A DNA stretch of 64,000 bases from Mantamonas sphyraenae STR306 (GCA_026936335.1 JAPMXV010000030.1:372001-436000); one strand, 5' to 3'; positions 33,294 to 46,600 are shown, numbered from the stretch's first letter. Notes: generated from the letters alone by a model not told the origin. Numbers and translations: made by a program.

Positions 33294-33947
33294 ATGGGCA
33301 GGAAGAGCAGAGACACAGAAGGGGAGAGCCAGAAGGAAGAGGAGGTGGAGGTGGAAGACAAGGACAAGGACAAGGATGAGGACAAGGAACGCAAGAGTGG
33401 CAAGAGCAGAAGGAGCAAAAAGGGAACAAAGTCGTTTCGGCAGGTGCTGGCCAAGCCAGAGAACCAACCGGTGGTGTGGCATTTCGCACTCTTCTCCTCT
33501 GCCCTCATCTTTGTGCCCATTGCCACATTCTACATCATGTACTACCACGTGCTGGAAGGTAAGCATAGACCCCACCAAAAGGGCGCGTGTATCGGGGGTG
33601 TGTGGCATGCATGGGCCGCTGACACCGTGGGAATGTTCCACACAGGCATGCCCGACTTTGCCGGCAATGCGAGTGCAAAGACCACGTGGGCGGGAGTGGC
33701 TTGTGTGGTGGAAGTCCAGCTGCTGCTCCTCATTTTCATTATTTCTGCCTTTCGAGAGAAGCCTGACGAGAACAACGAGGCAGCCAAGGCCGCACGCAAG
33801 GCCGCCAAGAAGGTGGATGTGAACGAGGTTCTGGCCAAACGTGATCGAAAGCTCAAGGAACGCAGGGCGGCACGGGAGGAGGCTGAGGGTGCACAGGAGG
33901 GAGAAGGGAAGGGAGAGGGTGACGATGAGGCAAAGAAGGACAAGTGA
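33294..33947 (+). CDS. V-ATPase assembly factor VMA21-like; probable intron 33559-33645
   Basis: Two TM helices (FSSALIFVPIATFY; AGVACVVEVQLLLLIFIISAFRE) and a C-terminal KKDK ER-retrieval signal. Confidence 0.72.
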   Translation: MGRKSRDTEGESQKEEEVEVEDKDKDKDEDKERKSGKSRRSKKGTKSFRQVLAKPENQPVVWHFALFSSALIFVPIATFYIMYYHVLEGKHRPHQKGACIGGVWHAWAADTVGMFHTGMPDFAGNASAKTTWAGVACVVEVQLLLLIFIISAFREKPDENNEAAKAARKAAKKVDVNEVLAKRDRKLKERRAAREEAEGAQEGEGKGEGDDEAKKDK

Positions 33948-33978
33948 AAAGGTGTGGTTGGGTCCTTTCTACACTGTA

Positions 33979-36900
33979 TTAGAGGGTGGGGAGGTTGGGA
34001 ATGGGCGAACGATCATCCCCAAGGCTAGCCTCGCTCTCAGCATCACTGTCCTCATCATCGCTACTATCATCATCATCATCATCATCCGACTCTTCCCATT
34101 GGATGTCAGCTCCTCGAGAGCGCATCTCGTCGTACTTTCGCTGCCTCTTCTTCTTCTTCCTCCTCTTGTTCTTCTTGCTCTTTGTGCTCGTTGTGCTATC
34201 GCCTGTGTGGTCAGCCACCGCTGCCATTTCTGTGCTTGTGTGTTCCTCTTGCATGTCCACAGGTGCGTGGTCCTGCTCCTGGTTGTGCATGTGCCCAGCA
34301 TCCTCGTGCAAGTGGGCCGAGGCAAACACAGCGTCTGCAAGTGGCACGTGTGTCTCATCCGACTGCTGATACACCATTTGGGTGTCTGCACCATCCTCCC
34401 ATTCGTGTTTGTCGTCTGTCCCGTCTATCCCAGGTCCCTCGTCCACCTGCTCGGCACCCTCGGGCACCTCCCTGCGCAGGTGCGATGCATGGTATGTCTG
34501 ACTCACCTGTACGTCCCCTGTCACATCCTGCTTGCACAGAGGACACAGCCTGTCCAGTGTGAGCCATCGGTCGATGCATTCGACGTGGTAGATGTGTTCG
34601 CAGGGCAGCACACGCAGCTCGTCGTCCTGCTCGTACTCCACCAGGCAGATGGTGCACATGGCATCCTCCTCATCCATCATCCCCTCACGATACACCACCT
34701 TGTCAAAGGTGTCGATGAGGGGTTGGGGCACGCCACGCTGCTGTTCGCTGGCTTGGGTCTGGTTGGCAGCAGCGGCCACGTTCCACAGCTCAATGTCGGC
34801 CTCCTCGGCCGATTGGTTGCCCACCATGCGTACGATGGCCAACACAATGATGAAGAAGAGGACGGCGCCGGAGATGGAGAGGATGAGGACAATGTCCAGG
34901 ATGGAGGCCGGTCGTTCAGACACGGTGACGTCCAGACGAAAGGCGGTGGTGGTGCGTGCAAACACGGCAATGTAGTACGTGCCCACCTTGAAGCGTTTGT
35001 CGTCACTGTTGATGACAATGGTGTCCTTGCCATTGGCACCCGAGGCCCAGGTGAAGGACACCAACGACGGATGTTGGGCTTCGGTGGAGATGAGCAGATC
35101 GACGTCGCCCCCCTGGGTGGTGGGGCTCACCGTCACATTCAACTGCTGTGTGGAGTTGACCAGATCCACGGAGAAGTAGCGATAGGAGCCAATGAGCATG
35201 AAGCCCGTGACGGTGTTGCCACTACGCAGGGGCTCGTAGGCGGCCGCTTCCACGGTGGCACTGGTGGCAGAGCGTGCATACAACCCAACGTGCATGCGAC
35301 CCAACAGGAACTGTTCGGAGGAGGCGTCAATGATCATGCGCACCACCGTGTTGGATTGGAAGGAGGCGTCGGCCTGTGGGTTGGATCCATCCCAGTTGGG
35401 ATCGAGCTTGTGGAAGGCAGCGTTGAAGCGAGTGGGCATCACTGTGGAGCTGAGGGGATACTGGCCCGTGGCATCTGCAGGTTGGTTGGAGACGTAGATG
35501 GCAGCCCAGGCTGATTCGAGGGTGACGGAGATGACCATGATGCCACGTGCAGTGTCCACAGGCACACTGAGGTAGGTGTAGGCATAGGGCAGCAGCTGCA
35601 CGGTCACAGGGGTACTCTGGGCCACCAGACGCACCGTGGTCACAGCCATGTGCACCTCCACCGGCGTGTTGCTTGTGCTCTGAAGACCCACGTAGTACGT
35701 GCGTGCTCGTTGGCGAATGGCATCCCGCACCATCACCTCCGAGCCATCCACGTCCCTCTGCTGAAAGTTGGTGCTGCTGGGCTTCATCGTAGAGTCGCTC
35801 AGGTACGCATGCATGCGCACAGTCCTGTCCAGGGTGCGTGTGGTGGTGGCCGGTGTGGGCACCACGTTGAATGCCAACGCATAGCTGCCTGCCACAGCCG
35901 CTGCTGCCGTCGCCAGATCCGGGGACACGTATCGAATGTACCGGAAGCCCCCTTGGGCAGGGGCCGTTGTGACCAGGGTGCGATCTTGGAGCAGATCGGC
36001 ACCACAGGCGTAGTAGTCCCAGGAGGAGCAGGCAGCGCCTTCGGAGCCGTACAAGCGATCGCTGGCACCCTCGAGACACTTTTGTGTGGAATGGCACCAT
36101 CCACAGTCGCTGTTGTCGGTGCATGTGGCACACGAGGTGAGGTTGGAGCATGTGGCACAGCCAGTGTAGCGGTAGGAGGATTCGCGTGGGCAGGCGCCGT
36201 TTGCAGAGCCTGTGGCGTCGCCATTGACACAGGTTTGAGAGTAGGAACACCAACCACAGAGGGAAGTGGCACCACATGCGTCACAGGAGGTGTAGGCGGA
36301 ACATGGGAGGGGACAGGAGGAGGAGGAATTGTGAACCCATCCACTTGCACACATGCCAGCAAAGGGACCTGCACTGTGGCCATCCATGCAGGTGTGGTTG
36401 CCCACACAATAGCCACAGGTGGGATCCTTGTTGCAGGCGGCACAATTGACCGAATAGGTGGAACACGGCGTGGGACAGCTGCGCACGTTGAACACATCAC
36501 ACGTGGACGTGTCTGCCTGCTGCGTGTCCACACTCACACACCGTTGCGTGTCATTCTTCTTGCACCATCCACACTCGGGAAAGTGCGAGCATGCGTCGCA
36601 GGTGGCGTGGCTGCTGCACGGCGCCTTGCATCGGCCCACATTCCAGTCGGCAGCCAACGCACACGCTTGCGGACGTCCTTGTGTCGAGGCAGCGGCTGCC
36701 GAGCTGTTTGTGTCCATGCATGTTTGTGTGCTGTTGCACCAGCCACACTGAGGCAACAGTGTGCACTCGCTGCATGTGGTTTGGGTGTGGCAGCTGACAT
36801 TGCTGTAGCTCAGAGACCACCAATCGCCCGGCTGGGCCTTGCCCCTGGATTTGCCATTGAGCACCATGACACGTGTGGAGTTGAACACCACGGCGTCGTG

Positions 36901-38609
36901 TGCATCACGTGGCACGGGGGATTGTGCGTCTGTGTATCTGCGGTCGAGTTGGTTGCGCCACGTGCGTGCACCGATGTGGTACTGCCACAGGGTGCGCATG
37001 GGACAGGCCGATGTGGTGGAGGTGCCGTCAAAGCCACCCACCAACACCAACACACGATCATCCAATGCACTCAGCGTGTGCAGATGCACACGTGGTGGTG
37101 TGAGCAGGCCCTCCTGCCCTGCGGTGAGATACGCCCAGGTACGCGCTGTGAGATCAAAGGCCCACAAGTCGTCCAGACTGACCGAGGGCGATCCCTGCTT
37201 GAATCCTCCGTAAATATACAGTGTGTTGCCCACAATGGCAGCAGCAGACTCTCTGCGAGTGGGTGGTGATGCGGTGAGGGTGGTCTGCAGAGCAAACCCA
37301 CTGGTGCTCTTTGTCCACAGCCACACCGCGTTGCTTGTCCCACCCACCACCTCGCCTGCAAACAACACTGCCACATCAGCAGTCCATTCGGCCATTGCCC
37401 ATCCGTACCCCGGCATGGGACGTCCATTCGTTGCCTCCGTCCCATACACCTGGCTCCAGCTGTTGGTTGCTCGTGTGTACTTGTGCAGGTCATTGTGCAC
37501 CCCTCCACCATCCGAGCCTCCAAACACATAAAACGCCGTTTCTGTGGCTGTGCATGCCGCCTGGAACCGTCCCGAGTTGGTGCTGCTGGCCAGCGGGTGC
37601 AACATCTGCGTGCCATTCACCATCTCGTACACCCACAGGTCCTTCATGTACTGACTCGGGTGTTTGTACCCACCGTAGATATACACCTGTGAACCCCACG
37701 CGGCAGTGCACGCCCCTTCCCGCTCAGAGAACCCGTTGGCCGGCGCCTGGTCCAATCCCACCGGCGGAGTCGGTATCCAGCGCAGTGTGTCCTGTGTGTC
37801 TGCACACGCCACACCCGTCCATCCTGCGTCGCAACTGCATGTGTTGTCTGTGCTGTTGCATGTCCCATGACCCGAACAGTCCTTGGGACATGTTCCTGTG
37901 CACATAAAGTGGAGCAACGCACAACCGTTGTGAGCGCCACACACGCGTGGGGCAAGAAACCGTCAACCATGCTTATTTGGGCGACAAGCGACGCATGTGG
38001 GAAGGACGCTGACAACCCAGATGGGGTCAATTGCCCAGGGACACACCGGTGGGGCCACCTACCTGGGCTGTACGACAGCGAAAAGCCGTCCCGGCCGACA
38101 AAGAGGTCGGTAAAGAGATGAACGGTGACCTCGGGACCCGAGGCAGAGATGGTCTGTGGGAGAAGGGATGGGCAGTGGGGAAAGGGAGGTGGTGGTAGTG
38201 GTGGGGGGGGAAGGGATTGAGTGGGTGGGAGGGGGGGGGGGTGGTTGAAGGGTGTTAGGGAGGTGGGGGAAGGGGTGAGCGGGTGGGGGGAACATACCAG
38301 ATTGGTTGCTGCTCCAGTGAGGGCATGGAGGAGGGGACTGGACTCGTTGTGGCCATCGTGGATGTAAATATAGTCATAGGCACACTCTGTGTCGTAGGTG
38401 ATGGTGATGGTTGTGGGCAGGGAGCTTGCGGCGGGGCGAATGTACCAGTAGCAGTTGAGCTGGTTGTTGGTGATGGTGCCCGGCCCAGAGCCATCCGAGA
38501 ATTGCCCAGACGAGGCAGTGAGCACTGTGGATGGTTGGCAATGCCCATGGACCACAGTGACACACAAGAAGAGGAGGAGGAGGAGGGTGAGTACGAGCAC
38601 ACGGGACAT
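33979..38609 (-). CDS. Attractin/MEGF8-like type I membrane protein (SP-CUB-EGF-Kelch-PSI repeats-beta domains-TM) with cytosolic RING-H2; exons 38609-38298, 38153-38063, 37895-33979
   Basis: Signal peptide; CUB (SDGSGP..CYWYI..TECAYDYIYIHDG); CPKDCSGHGTC; about 6 GG-Kelch repeats; about 5 C..C....CGWC PSI repeats; TM; CTIC...LPCEHIYHVECIDRWL...CPLCK. Confidence 0.9.
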
Positions 38610-38675
38610 CGTGGTGTGTGCCTTCGGGTCGTTGGTTCCCTCTCCGCATGCAATCAATTCTGTTCAGAAATCGAA

Positions 38676-38710
<35 letters not shown>

Positions 38711-38723
38711 AGCAACACACATC

Positions 38724-39546
38724 ATGGCCAACGACACCAGTGAGTTCTGGAACAAAGTGAGCAAACAGTCTGCCGAGGGCATCCCGGAAAAGGTCAAACT
38801 GGTTGTTCGCCTGCAGATTGTCCAATTGGTATGTTCAACATGGAAGGTGGATCCATGGATCCACTGAGTGTATGTGTGGCTGTGGTCCTCTCTCTTGTTG
38901 TTGTGTGGCTTCCCCTTGCCAATTGGCTCCTGCTGTGTGTCTCACTCTGGCTGACACCCTTGCCGCCCAAAAATGGCCGTTCGACGTCGCAGCTTTTGGC
39001 GCTGCCATTGATCTATGCCATGTATGTGACACTGTCTGTGAACGTCAACCTACTGGTGGCACTCGTGTGTCTCATTATCTTTGTGGTGGACGTGGTCATT
39101 GGTCTGGTGGGCATGCTGGGCGCCGTGTATCAAAACAAAGGCGCCGTGCGCTTTGTGAGTTGTTGACGAGTCAGGCACACGCGAGGAGATGGGATCCGAT
39201 ACTGACACTGTGTGTTGGCCTTGTGTGTGTGTGTGTGTGTGTGTGTGTGTCTGGACCACACTCATGTTCACAGTACAAGTACATTGTGGGCTGGGGCCAG
39301 ATCTTCTGGGAGTTGTCTGGACTGGGCATTGTGCTGTACTCTGCCTTCCTTTGCTTCACTGCCGATCCCACACAGGTGCTTCTGTGCCAGGACCAGGTCA
39401 TGCTGTGGCTCATGGCTGCTCGCTTCCTCATTGTCATCGTCGTTGTGTACATCTCTGTGCGTCCGGCCAAGGAATTGGCCAAGGCCATGGGGCTGCAGAT
39501 CAAATCAGCCAAGGAGACGGAGAAGAAGCAGTCTGGTCGCGTGTAG
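38724..39546 (+). CDS. Small 4-TM membrane protein (tetraspanin-like topology); exons 38724-38828, 38993-39154, 39274-39546
   Basis: Phase-0 GT-AG introns give a continuous protein of about 179 aa with 4 hydrophobic helices; IGLVGMLGAVYQNK. Confidence 0.7.
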
Positions 39547-39656
39547 GGTCACACACACACACACACACAGAGGGTGGTTGGAGTGGATGTGTTTGTCATC
39601 GGGGAAGGGGGAGGGAGCGACGTTGGACCCAAAACAAAAACGCCCTCGTTGTAACC

Positions 39657-40239
39657 ATGGATGTACAGAGTGAGCGAGGCAAGACACAACTTCAGCCCAA
39701 GTTGACGATTGTAAGTGGGGTTGTGGGGTGGTTGTGGTCATAGGGAAGATGGGGAAGGACAGGGGGTCGCACGAAGGACCCAACCCCCACCCCCAATGTC
39801 CACCGCGGCTTTTTGTGGTGACAGGGAATGGAGGAGGGGACGGGATCAAGGACGCAGAGGACTAACATGGCACGTGTGGACATGTGGATTGTGTGCATGT
39901 GTGGTGGATGTGTGTGTGGGACAGCTGCCGGACGACGAGGACCAAACATGCGCGACGTTTGTGCTGGAAAACGAGGACCACACGCTGGGCAACGTGCTGC
40001 GCAGTGTGATCATGAAGAGGGACGATGTGGAGTTCTGTGGATACACCATGCCTCATCCCAGCGAACGCAAGATCACTGTGCGTCTGCAGACACACGAAAC
40101 AAAGGCTGTGGACACGATGCAGGCGGGGCTGGGCGACCTGGACAACATGATTGGCCATGTGTTGGAGGTGTATGAGAAGGAACTGGAGGCATTCCAGTCA
40201 CAGCAGCAGGAACAGGACGGGGGAATGGATGTCGAATGA
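39657..40239 (+). CDS. POLR1D: RNA polymerase I/III subunit RPAC2 (AC19); intron 39711-39924
   Basis: TFVLENEDHTLGNVLR..IMK..DVEFCGYTMPHPSE.KI.VRLQT. Confidence 0.9.
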
Positions 40240-40298
40240 AATGATGGAACGAAAAAACACTTGAAGAAGCACTCCCAACTCCCCCCTTTCCCACTTGT

Positions 40299-41532
40299 TC
40301 ATCCGCTGCTGTGCTTCTCTTTGACTTCAAGTGCCAACAGAGCAAAGGAGTCAAACTGGGTGGCCATGGCAGTGGCACGTTGGGCCACCTCGTCGATGCC
40401 CAGACGTTCGTCGGGCTCTGTCTTGAGAATCTCAGACAACAAGAGGGCCAGTTCATCCCCCAGATCCTCCCTGGTGATGGGTTCGTATTCACAAGCTTGA
40501 ATGCGTCCTGCCAGTTGCAGGTAGTTCTGTCCTCTCACCGCAAACGGCTGCTGCAGCGTCGCCAGTTCGTACAGGATGCACCCGAGACTCCACACGTCGC
40601 TCTTCCAATCGTACCCCTTTTCCACAACCCGTTCGGGGCTCATATAGTATGGTGTGCCCACCAGGGAGAATGTCTGGTATGTTTTGGAGCTGGATGTTTG
40701 TGTGTGTGTGTGGGTGGGTGGGCTATTGGCGTTCGGAACACAACACACCTCTTCCTGGGGTCCCTCCCCTCCCCCCCCAACCCCCATGCCTCTTTACATC
40801 ATCCACTCACCTAAAGTAGCGACCGAGTCCCAGGTCGCCAAGTTTGACGACGCCCTTGTCGTCGATAAAGACATTCTGTGGTTTGATGTCCCTGTGCATG
40901 ACCCTGCGACTGTGCATGTACTTGAGACCCTCGCAAATCTGAGCAAAGTAGCCCCAAATGTGTGCTTCGCTCAGCTGGGTGCCTTGATTGCGATGGGACT
41001 TGAGGACGCCGGCCAGATCCTGCTGGCACAGTTCCAGCGCAATGATGAGCTCGCTCTCCTCCAGGAAGGAGTCGATGTATTCGATGATGTTCTTGTGTTC
41101 CATGCTCTGTGTATGTGCGTGTGCGTGTGCGTGTGCGTGTGTGCGTGTACGTGTGTGTGTCAGCGTGTAACGTCGTCCCAGAGAGAGAGGGTTCTCGTGT
41201 GGTCTTGTTCGTCCTTCTGTGTGCCCCATGCAACCCTATGGGTGTGCAACCACCCATCCACTCACCGCCAACAGTTCCGACTCGCGAATGCAGTCTTCGC
41301 GTGCGTCTGAATCCAGCATGTCCAGGATCTGTACGCGTTTCAGGGCCACACTTCGCTTGTCGCTCAGCCTGGTGGCCTTCCACACTTCTGCAAAGGCACC
41401 CCTGCCCAGGAACTCGCCCAATTCATAGTTCTGTAATGAATGGATGGCCTCATCCTCCTCGTCCTCGTCCTCATTATCGTCATCAAAGTCGGGAGGGTAT
41501 TCTTCGTCCTCCTCGGATGTGGTGGACGACAT
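40299..41532 (-). CDS. NEK6/NEK7-like kinase; exons 41532-41266, 41106-40811, 40689-40299
   Basis: GRGAFAEV, VALKRVQI, HRDIKPQN, KLGDLGLGRYFSSKT, SLVGTPYYMSPER, KSDVWSLGC. Confidence 0.92.
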
Positions 41533-41710
41533 TCCTTCGTTCGTGATTGTGTGGGATGGACGGCGGAGGTCAATGAGACACACATACCACACACGAGACA
41601 ACAGGAGGACCATGGCCATGATACACATCACATGTGCATTGCACACATGATGCCATTCATTCGAGCTCCCTTGCGCTCTTGGGAGCAGCAAGGGGAGATT
41701 GGCAACCACC

Positions 41711-42142
41711 ATGCCACTGGTGGTGGAGTTGGACAAACAAGTGTCGGAAGGGGTGTCCCATGACTTGGATGTGAGCAAGCAGGTGATCCTTCGTTATGGT
41801 CAAGTGCCACACATCACCCAGTACGCTCGTTCTGCCCTTCGTCCTGGCCAGCAGACGAGTGCACACGCACACAAGGACATGTGGGAGGTGTTCCTGGTGC
41901 TGGAGGGCACAGGCATGGCATGTGTGGACGACACTGAGATCGCCCTGCAGCCAGGGACGAGTGTGACCGTGCAGCCAGGCGAGGAGCACATCTTTGCCAA
42001 CCCCAGTGGCAACGACGCCGACCTTGTGCTCCTCTACTACGGCGTGTTGGACGAAGAGGCAGGCAAGAGGGCAGAGAAAGAGGAGAGAGGAGGAGGAGGA
42101 GGAGATCAGCACCGCACACAGTCAGGCTCAGGTGGACAATGA
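41711..42142 (+). CDS. Cupin_2 domain protein, intronless
   Basis: GVSHD, PGQQTSAHAHKDMWEVF.VLEG.G, PGEEH; AATAAA at about 42146. Confidence 0.82.
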   Translation: MPLVVELDKQVSEGVSHDLDVSKQVILRYGQVPHITQYARSALRPGQQTSAHAHKDMWEVFLVLEGTGMACVDDTEIALQPGTSVTVQPGEEHIFANPSGNDADLVLLYYGVLDEEAGKRAEKEERGGGGGDQHRTQSGSGGQ

Positions 42143-42184
42143 TGAATAAAGCGTTTGTTTACAGGCAGTTGATGCGAGATCTGA

Positions 42185-43484
42185 TCAGTTGGAACGGTTC
42201 TTGATGCCAGGCAGGATCTCGGGTCCCTTCTTGACACCCTGGTAGAAGTAGTACTGTGGATGGGAAGGCGGGTGTGGGGTGGGCCACAAAGGCGAGGTGG
42301 GTGAGCAACACAACGCGCGGGGTTGGGGCTGGGACGGAAAGGCAGAGGCGGGGACGACGTACGAAGAAGTCGGCATAGAGGGCAGTCTGGACAAGACCGG
42401 CAATCCACACTTTCCATGCGCGGTAATGGTTCTCTGTAAGGACACGGTAGATCCAGTTGACGAGGTACAGAGCACGGTACTGTGGGCGGGGAGGGCGCCG
42501 GAACGGAGAGGGACGGAACGTGTCAATCATCATTTGCACGCCACCGAGAGGGAACGCACGGGTAGGGGTTGCTATAGCACACCACACCACACACACACAC
42601 AGGTACACACACAGAGAGACACACAACACACACACACACAACGTACTCCGCCCATGCAAAAGATGTACCAGGTGCCAAACGTGCCGCGCATGTTGTCGAC
42701 GTCGCCTGTGGCCTGGAGGAGGAAGAGCTGCGGAAGGATGGCCACAGCCTCGAGGAAGATGGAGGTAGCCCACATGCACTGTTTGCAGGAGGGATGGATG
42801 GGGTGTGAAGGAGAGAAGTGTGAGTTTGTGTTTGTGTGGGGGCATCCCATGGCAGGCAGCGGGAGTGGGAGAGAGCACGGACCTCAAACAGCACTTCGCC
42901 CCAGCTCATTTGCGGCCAACGGTCGTGGAGAATGATGCCCAGCACAACACAGGGTACAATGACCAACTGCCATCGGAACTTGCTGTCCTGCTTGCGATCG
43001 TACGAATGCTTGTAGCTGTGGGGAGCAGCAGCAGCAGGGGAAGGGGGGTTGGGAGCGTCGTCCAGGAGGGAGAGTTGACGTCAGCGGAGGGAATTCACAC
43101 GCAGCGGGCAGGGACACGGGAGAGGGAGAGGGAGAAGGGAGGGGACGTACCGGGTGAAACGGATGAGGTAGATGATGCCACCAGTGACGGAAAGGAAGAG
43201 GATCTTCATGAGGAGGTTGTACAGGCTCTTCCAGTTCCAGAAGATGTCCACGTAGCGGAGGCTGAACACCATCATGAACAGCTCCAAGGAAACCAGGGAG
43301 ATGCCACGTGCAGAGCTGTTCTTCTGGATGCCCAGACCCAGAAACACAAAGCTCAACACGTGCAGGATGTCACCCAGCAGTCGAAAGATGTTCCTGGAGG
43401 TCCAACCTGTGTCAGTGGGTGTGTGTCATGACGAGAGAGACGGGGGGGGGCAGTAGTGTGGGAACAGTGGCAATGGACGTACAT
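42185..43484 (-). CDS. ERD2: KDEL receptor; exons 43484-43483 (AT), 43393-43151, 43015-42883, 42778-42647, 42479-42363, 42253-42185
   Basis: MNIFRLLGDILH, GISL.SLELF, RYVDIF, SIFLEAVAILPQL, YRALYLVNWIYR, GLVQTALYADFFYY. Confidence 0.92.
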
Positions 43485-43538
43485 CGTTGATTGGGGGGTG
43501 GAGGGGGGGGGGGTTTGGTTGGCCAGGCAGTGGCAGCG

Positions 43539-43573
43539 ATGCTGCAAGCAAGCAAACGAATTGCAGCTATGCC

Positions 43574-43604
<31 letters not shown>

Positions 43605-46600
43605 CCTGTGTGTGTGCCTGTGTGGCTATGTGTGTGGGTGCCTGTTGGGTGTGAATCTGACACTTTCATCAGGAACCTTGTTCACCATTGGACGCGGTTC
43701 GCACGGAGAGCTGGGAACGGGCCAGACGTCGTATGTGGGCCAACACCACATGCAGAAGCCCGTGTTTTCGGGGTCATCGGTGCCTGCGTTTGTCAAGGTG
43801 GCAGCAGGACCGTACCATTGTGCAGCCATCACAGGTGAGATGCGTCGCCTTTTCTCCAACGGCCTTTGGCGCGCGCGTGCTTTTTGGGCGCGCCACCCGG
43901 CGCCCCCCCCCCGGGCGTGGAAGCATATGACAGGCTCAGACACTGACACGACACACGAGGAATGGACACATTACAGCGGAGGGTCTTTTGTACACATGGG
44001 GCAATGCAGTGCACCAGGAACTGGGTGTGATTACGCGGTCCAGGTGAGTGCCTATCCGCTAACCCGAGGGCCAAAGAGACACGTGCAAACTGACACCGCC
44101 ATACGACGCACGGACACGGCACAGCATGCAAACCACACCGGCGATGGTTGCATCATTGTCCGATGTGCGTATTGCAGACGTGGCATGCGGCTTTTCACAC
44201 ACGGTGGCGGTCACAGGTGGGTTTGTCTGCCACGAGTGGATTTTCCCAGCCGCGAGCGAACGACATGCACCTCCGGAGCGGCGTAGCGGCTGACACACAC
44301 CTCATGACACGGTGGCAATGGGTGGATGGGGGGGACGACAGACGAGGGAAAGGTGTACACATGGGGCACGGTGGATGAAGACAAAGTGCAGAGCAGTCCG
44401 ACGGCGGTGGCAGCCAGTCGATTTGACGACGAGCGTGTGGTGAGTGTTTCGGCGGGTCTGTTCTTCACCGTGGCGGTGACCGACATGGGACACGTGTACA
44501 CATGGGGCAAAGGGTTGGCAGGACGATTGGGCCACGGGGACTCTGCGTCGCAGGCACACCCGAAGCGTGTGGAAGGGCTGGACGGCCTGTTTGTGAGCCA
44601 GGCGGTGGCCGGGTACTCCAACTGCCTGGTGGTGACGAACCATGGCGATGTGTGGTATTGGGGATGGGCACGTGCGGATCTGCCGGAACCCCTGATTAAG
44701 AACCAACGTGTGCGTAGTGTGGCCGCAGCGCAGCACTACGCTCTGGCGGTGTGTGGCGACGGACGCCTGCTGTTTGTGAGCCAGGACGAGGCCTACCGCG
44801 AGGTGAGCAGCGATCTGTGGCGACGCGAGTGTGTGGATGCTGCCATGAGTGGGAGGTACGATTCGGGGGCGGTGGCACAGGTGGATCATGTGGCGTGTGG
44901 GGAGGAACATGCCATGGTGGCATTGCAATCGGGCCATCTGGTCATGCTGCGACACGATGCACACGAACAGAGCAGCAGCGACGTCAACAGTGTGCCTCTC
45001 GAGCTGGATTCCGTGTTTACCACCGAGGAGCATCTGGACAACCACGCCTGTGTGCAACTCGCTGCAGGCGCCACCTTTGTCCTCCTCCTGGGCCAGCAGA
45101 GCACATACCGCAGCAGCAGCAGCAGCAGCAGTGGTGGTGGTGGTGGTGGTGGCAGGAAGGGAGATGATGCGTACACCATGGGTGCGTCCGTGTTGGATAG
45201 CAGTCGTGGTGGCGGAGGGACGCCCAAACGTGACACGTTGTCCTCCTCCTCTACGCTTGTAGGAGCCACACGTAGTGCGTCAGGTGCTGCTGGCACCCAT
45301 TCCGACAAACCGGCACTGGTCATGTCTCCGCTGCGTGTGTCGCAGTTGCACGTGAGCAGCCTGACCGACGATCAGAGGAGCAACTTTCTGGCAGTGCCAC
45401 GCACCTCTCAGTATGGGCGTTCGGGCCACCACGCGGGCTCGTCCATGAACCACGCCGTGGACGAGTATGGCCACGAAGACGATGAGGGTGACGACGAGGG
45501 TGACGACGATGGCAACCTCAGCCGACACAGTTTGTTCATGGGAGGCGTGGGACACACGTCGCAGCATCGTCTCAACGCATCTGTGTTGAGCCAGAACAGC
45601 ATGATATCACCCTCACACAGCCACACAGCGTATGGACACCATCATCATCATCATCACAACCAGAGTGGCCTCAACACGTCACACAGCAGCGTACAGGAAA
45701 TCATGCGCAATCGCCTGCTGCGCGAATCGCAACGCGGCTTTGTGTTTCGCGACCAGGAGCAAGAAGGTGGCGAGGCCAAGGCCCAGTCTCACTATGGAGG
45801 AGGAGGAGGAGGTGGTGTGGTGGTGGTGGCACGGGAGCAGGCGTGGGATTGGGAGGTAGCACGCTTGCAGGAACGGGTACACATGCGTGGGCAGCGGTAT
45901 GGAGCGGCAGCACGCAGTACGGCGCAGGACAGTGTGTACATCCAACGTGAGGATCTGGAGCACGAGACAGAGGCACGCAAGGCGGTGCAGGCGTCGACGA
46001 TGGTGTTGCAGGAGAAGCTGAAGATGGAGCGGGAACGGCGCCAGGAGTTAGATGCACAACGGGGCACGCTGCAAGTGGAGATGAGCAATGTGCAGGATGA
46101 AACACGGGAGCTCAAGAGCAAAGTGGACGAGTTGAACTCGAAGATGGAACAATTGCGAGGGCAGCGGAACCACGCGGACGAACGCAGCGCACAGCTGTCG
46201 GCAGCCATTGCACGCGAGGCACAGGCACTGCAGGGGGTGGAAGAGGCCAATCATGAGGCCGAATCGCAGTTGCAGGAACTCAAGGCACAGCGGGAGCGTG
46301 CGTTGCAACGGAGCCAGCAGATGGCAAGCGAATTGGATGCCCACCAGGGGTCGATGAAGGACATCGAGAGTGCACTGCGCAACCTGGAGCATGCCAAGGG
46401 TGTGGAGGTGCAAGGGGTCATTGCGGCACAGGACATGCTGCACCAGGAGGAACGGTTCCTGAAGCAGGAGAAGCTGCGCAAAGCGAACCTGGAAGACGAG
46501 GTGACCAAGATGCGCACGGCGGTGGCAACACACCAGGCCATTGTGGAGGAACTGGAACGGACCAAGAACTCGCTGGTGCCGGAGGTGGAGAAGTGCAAGG

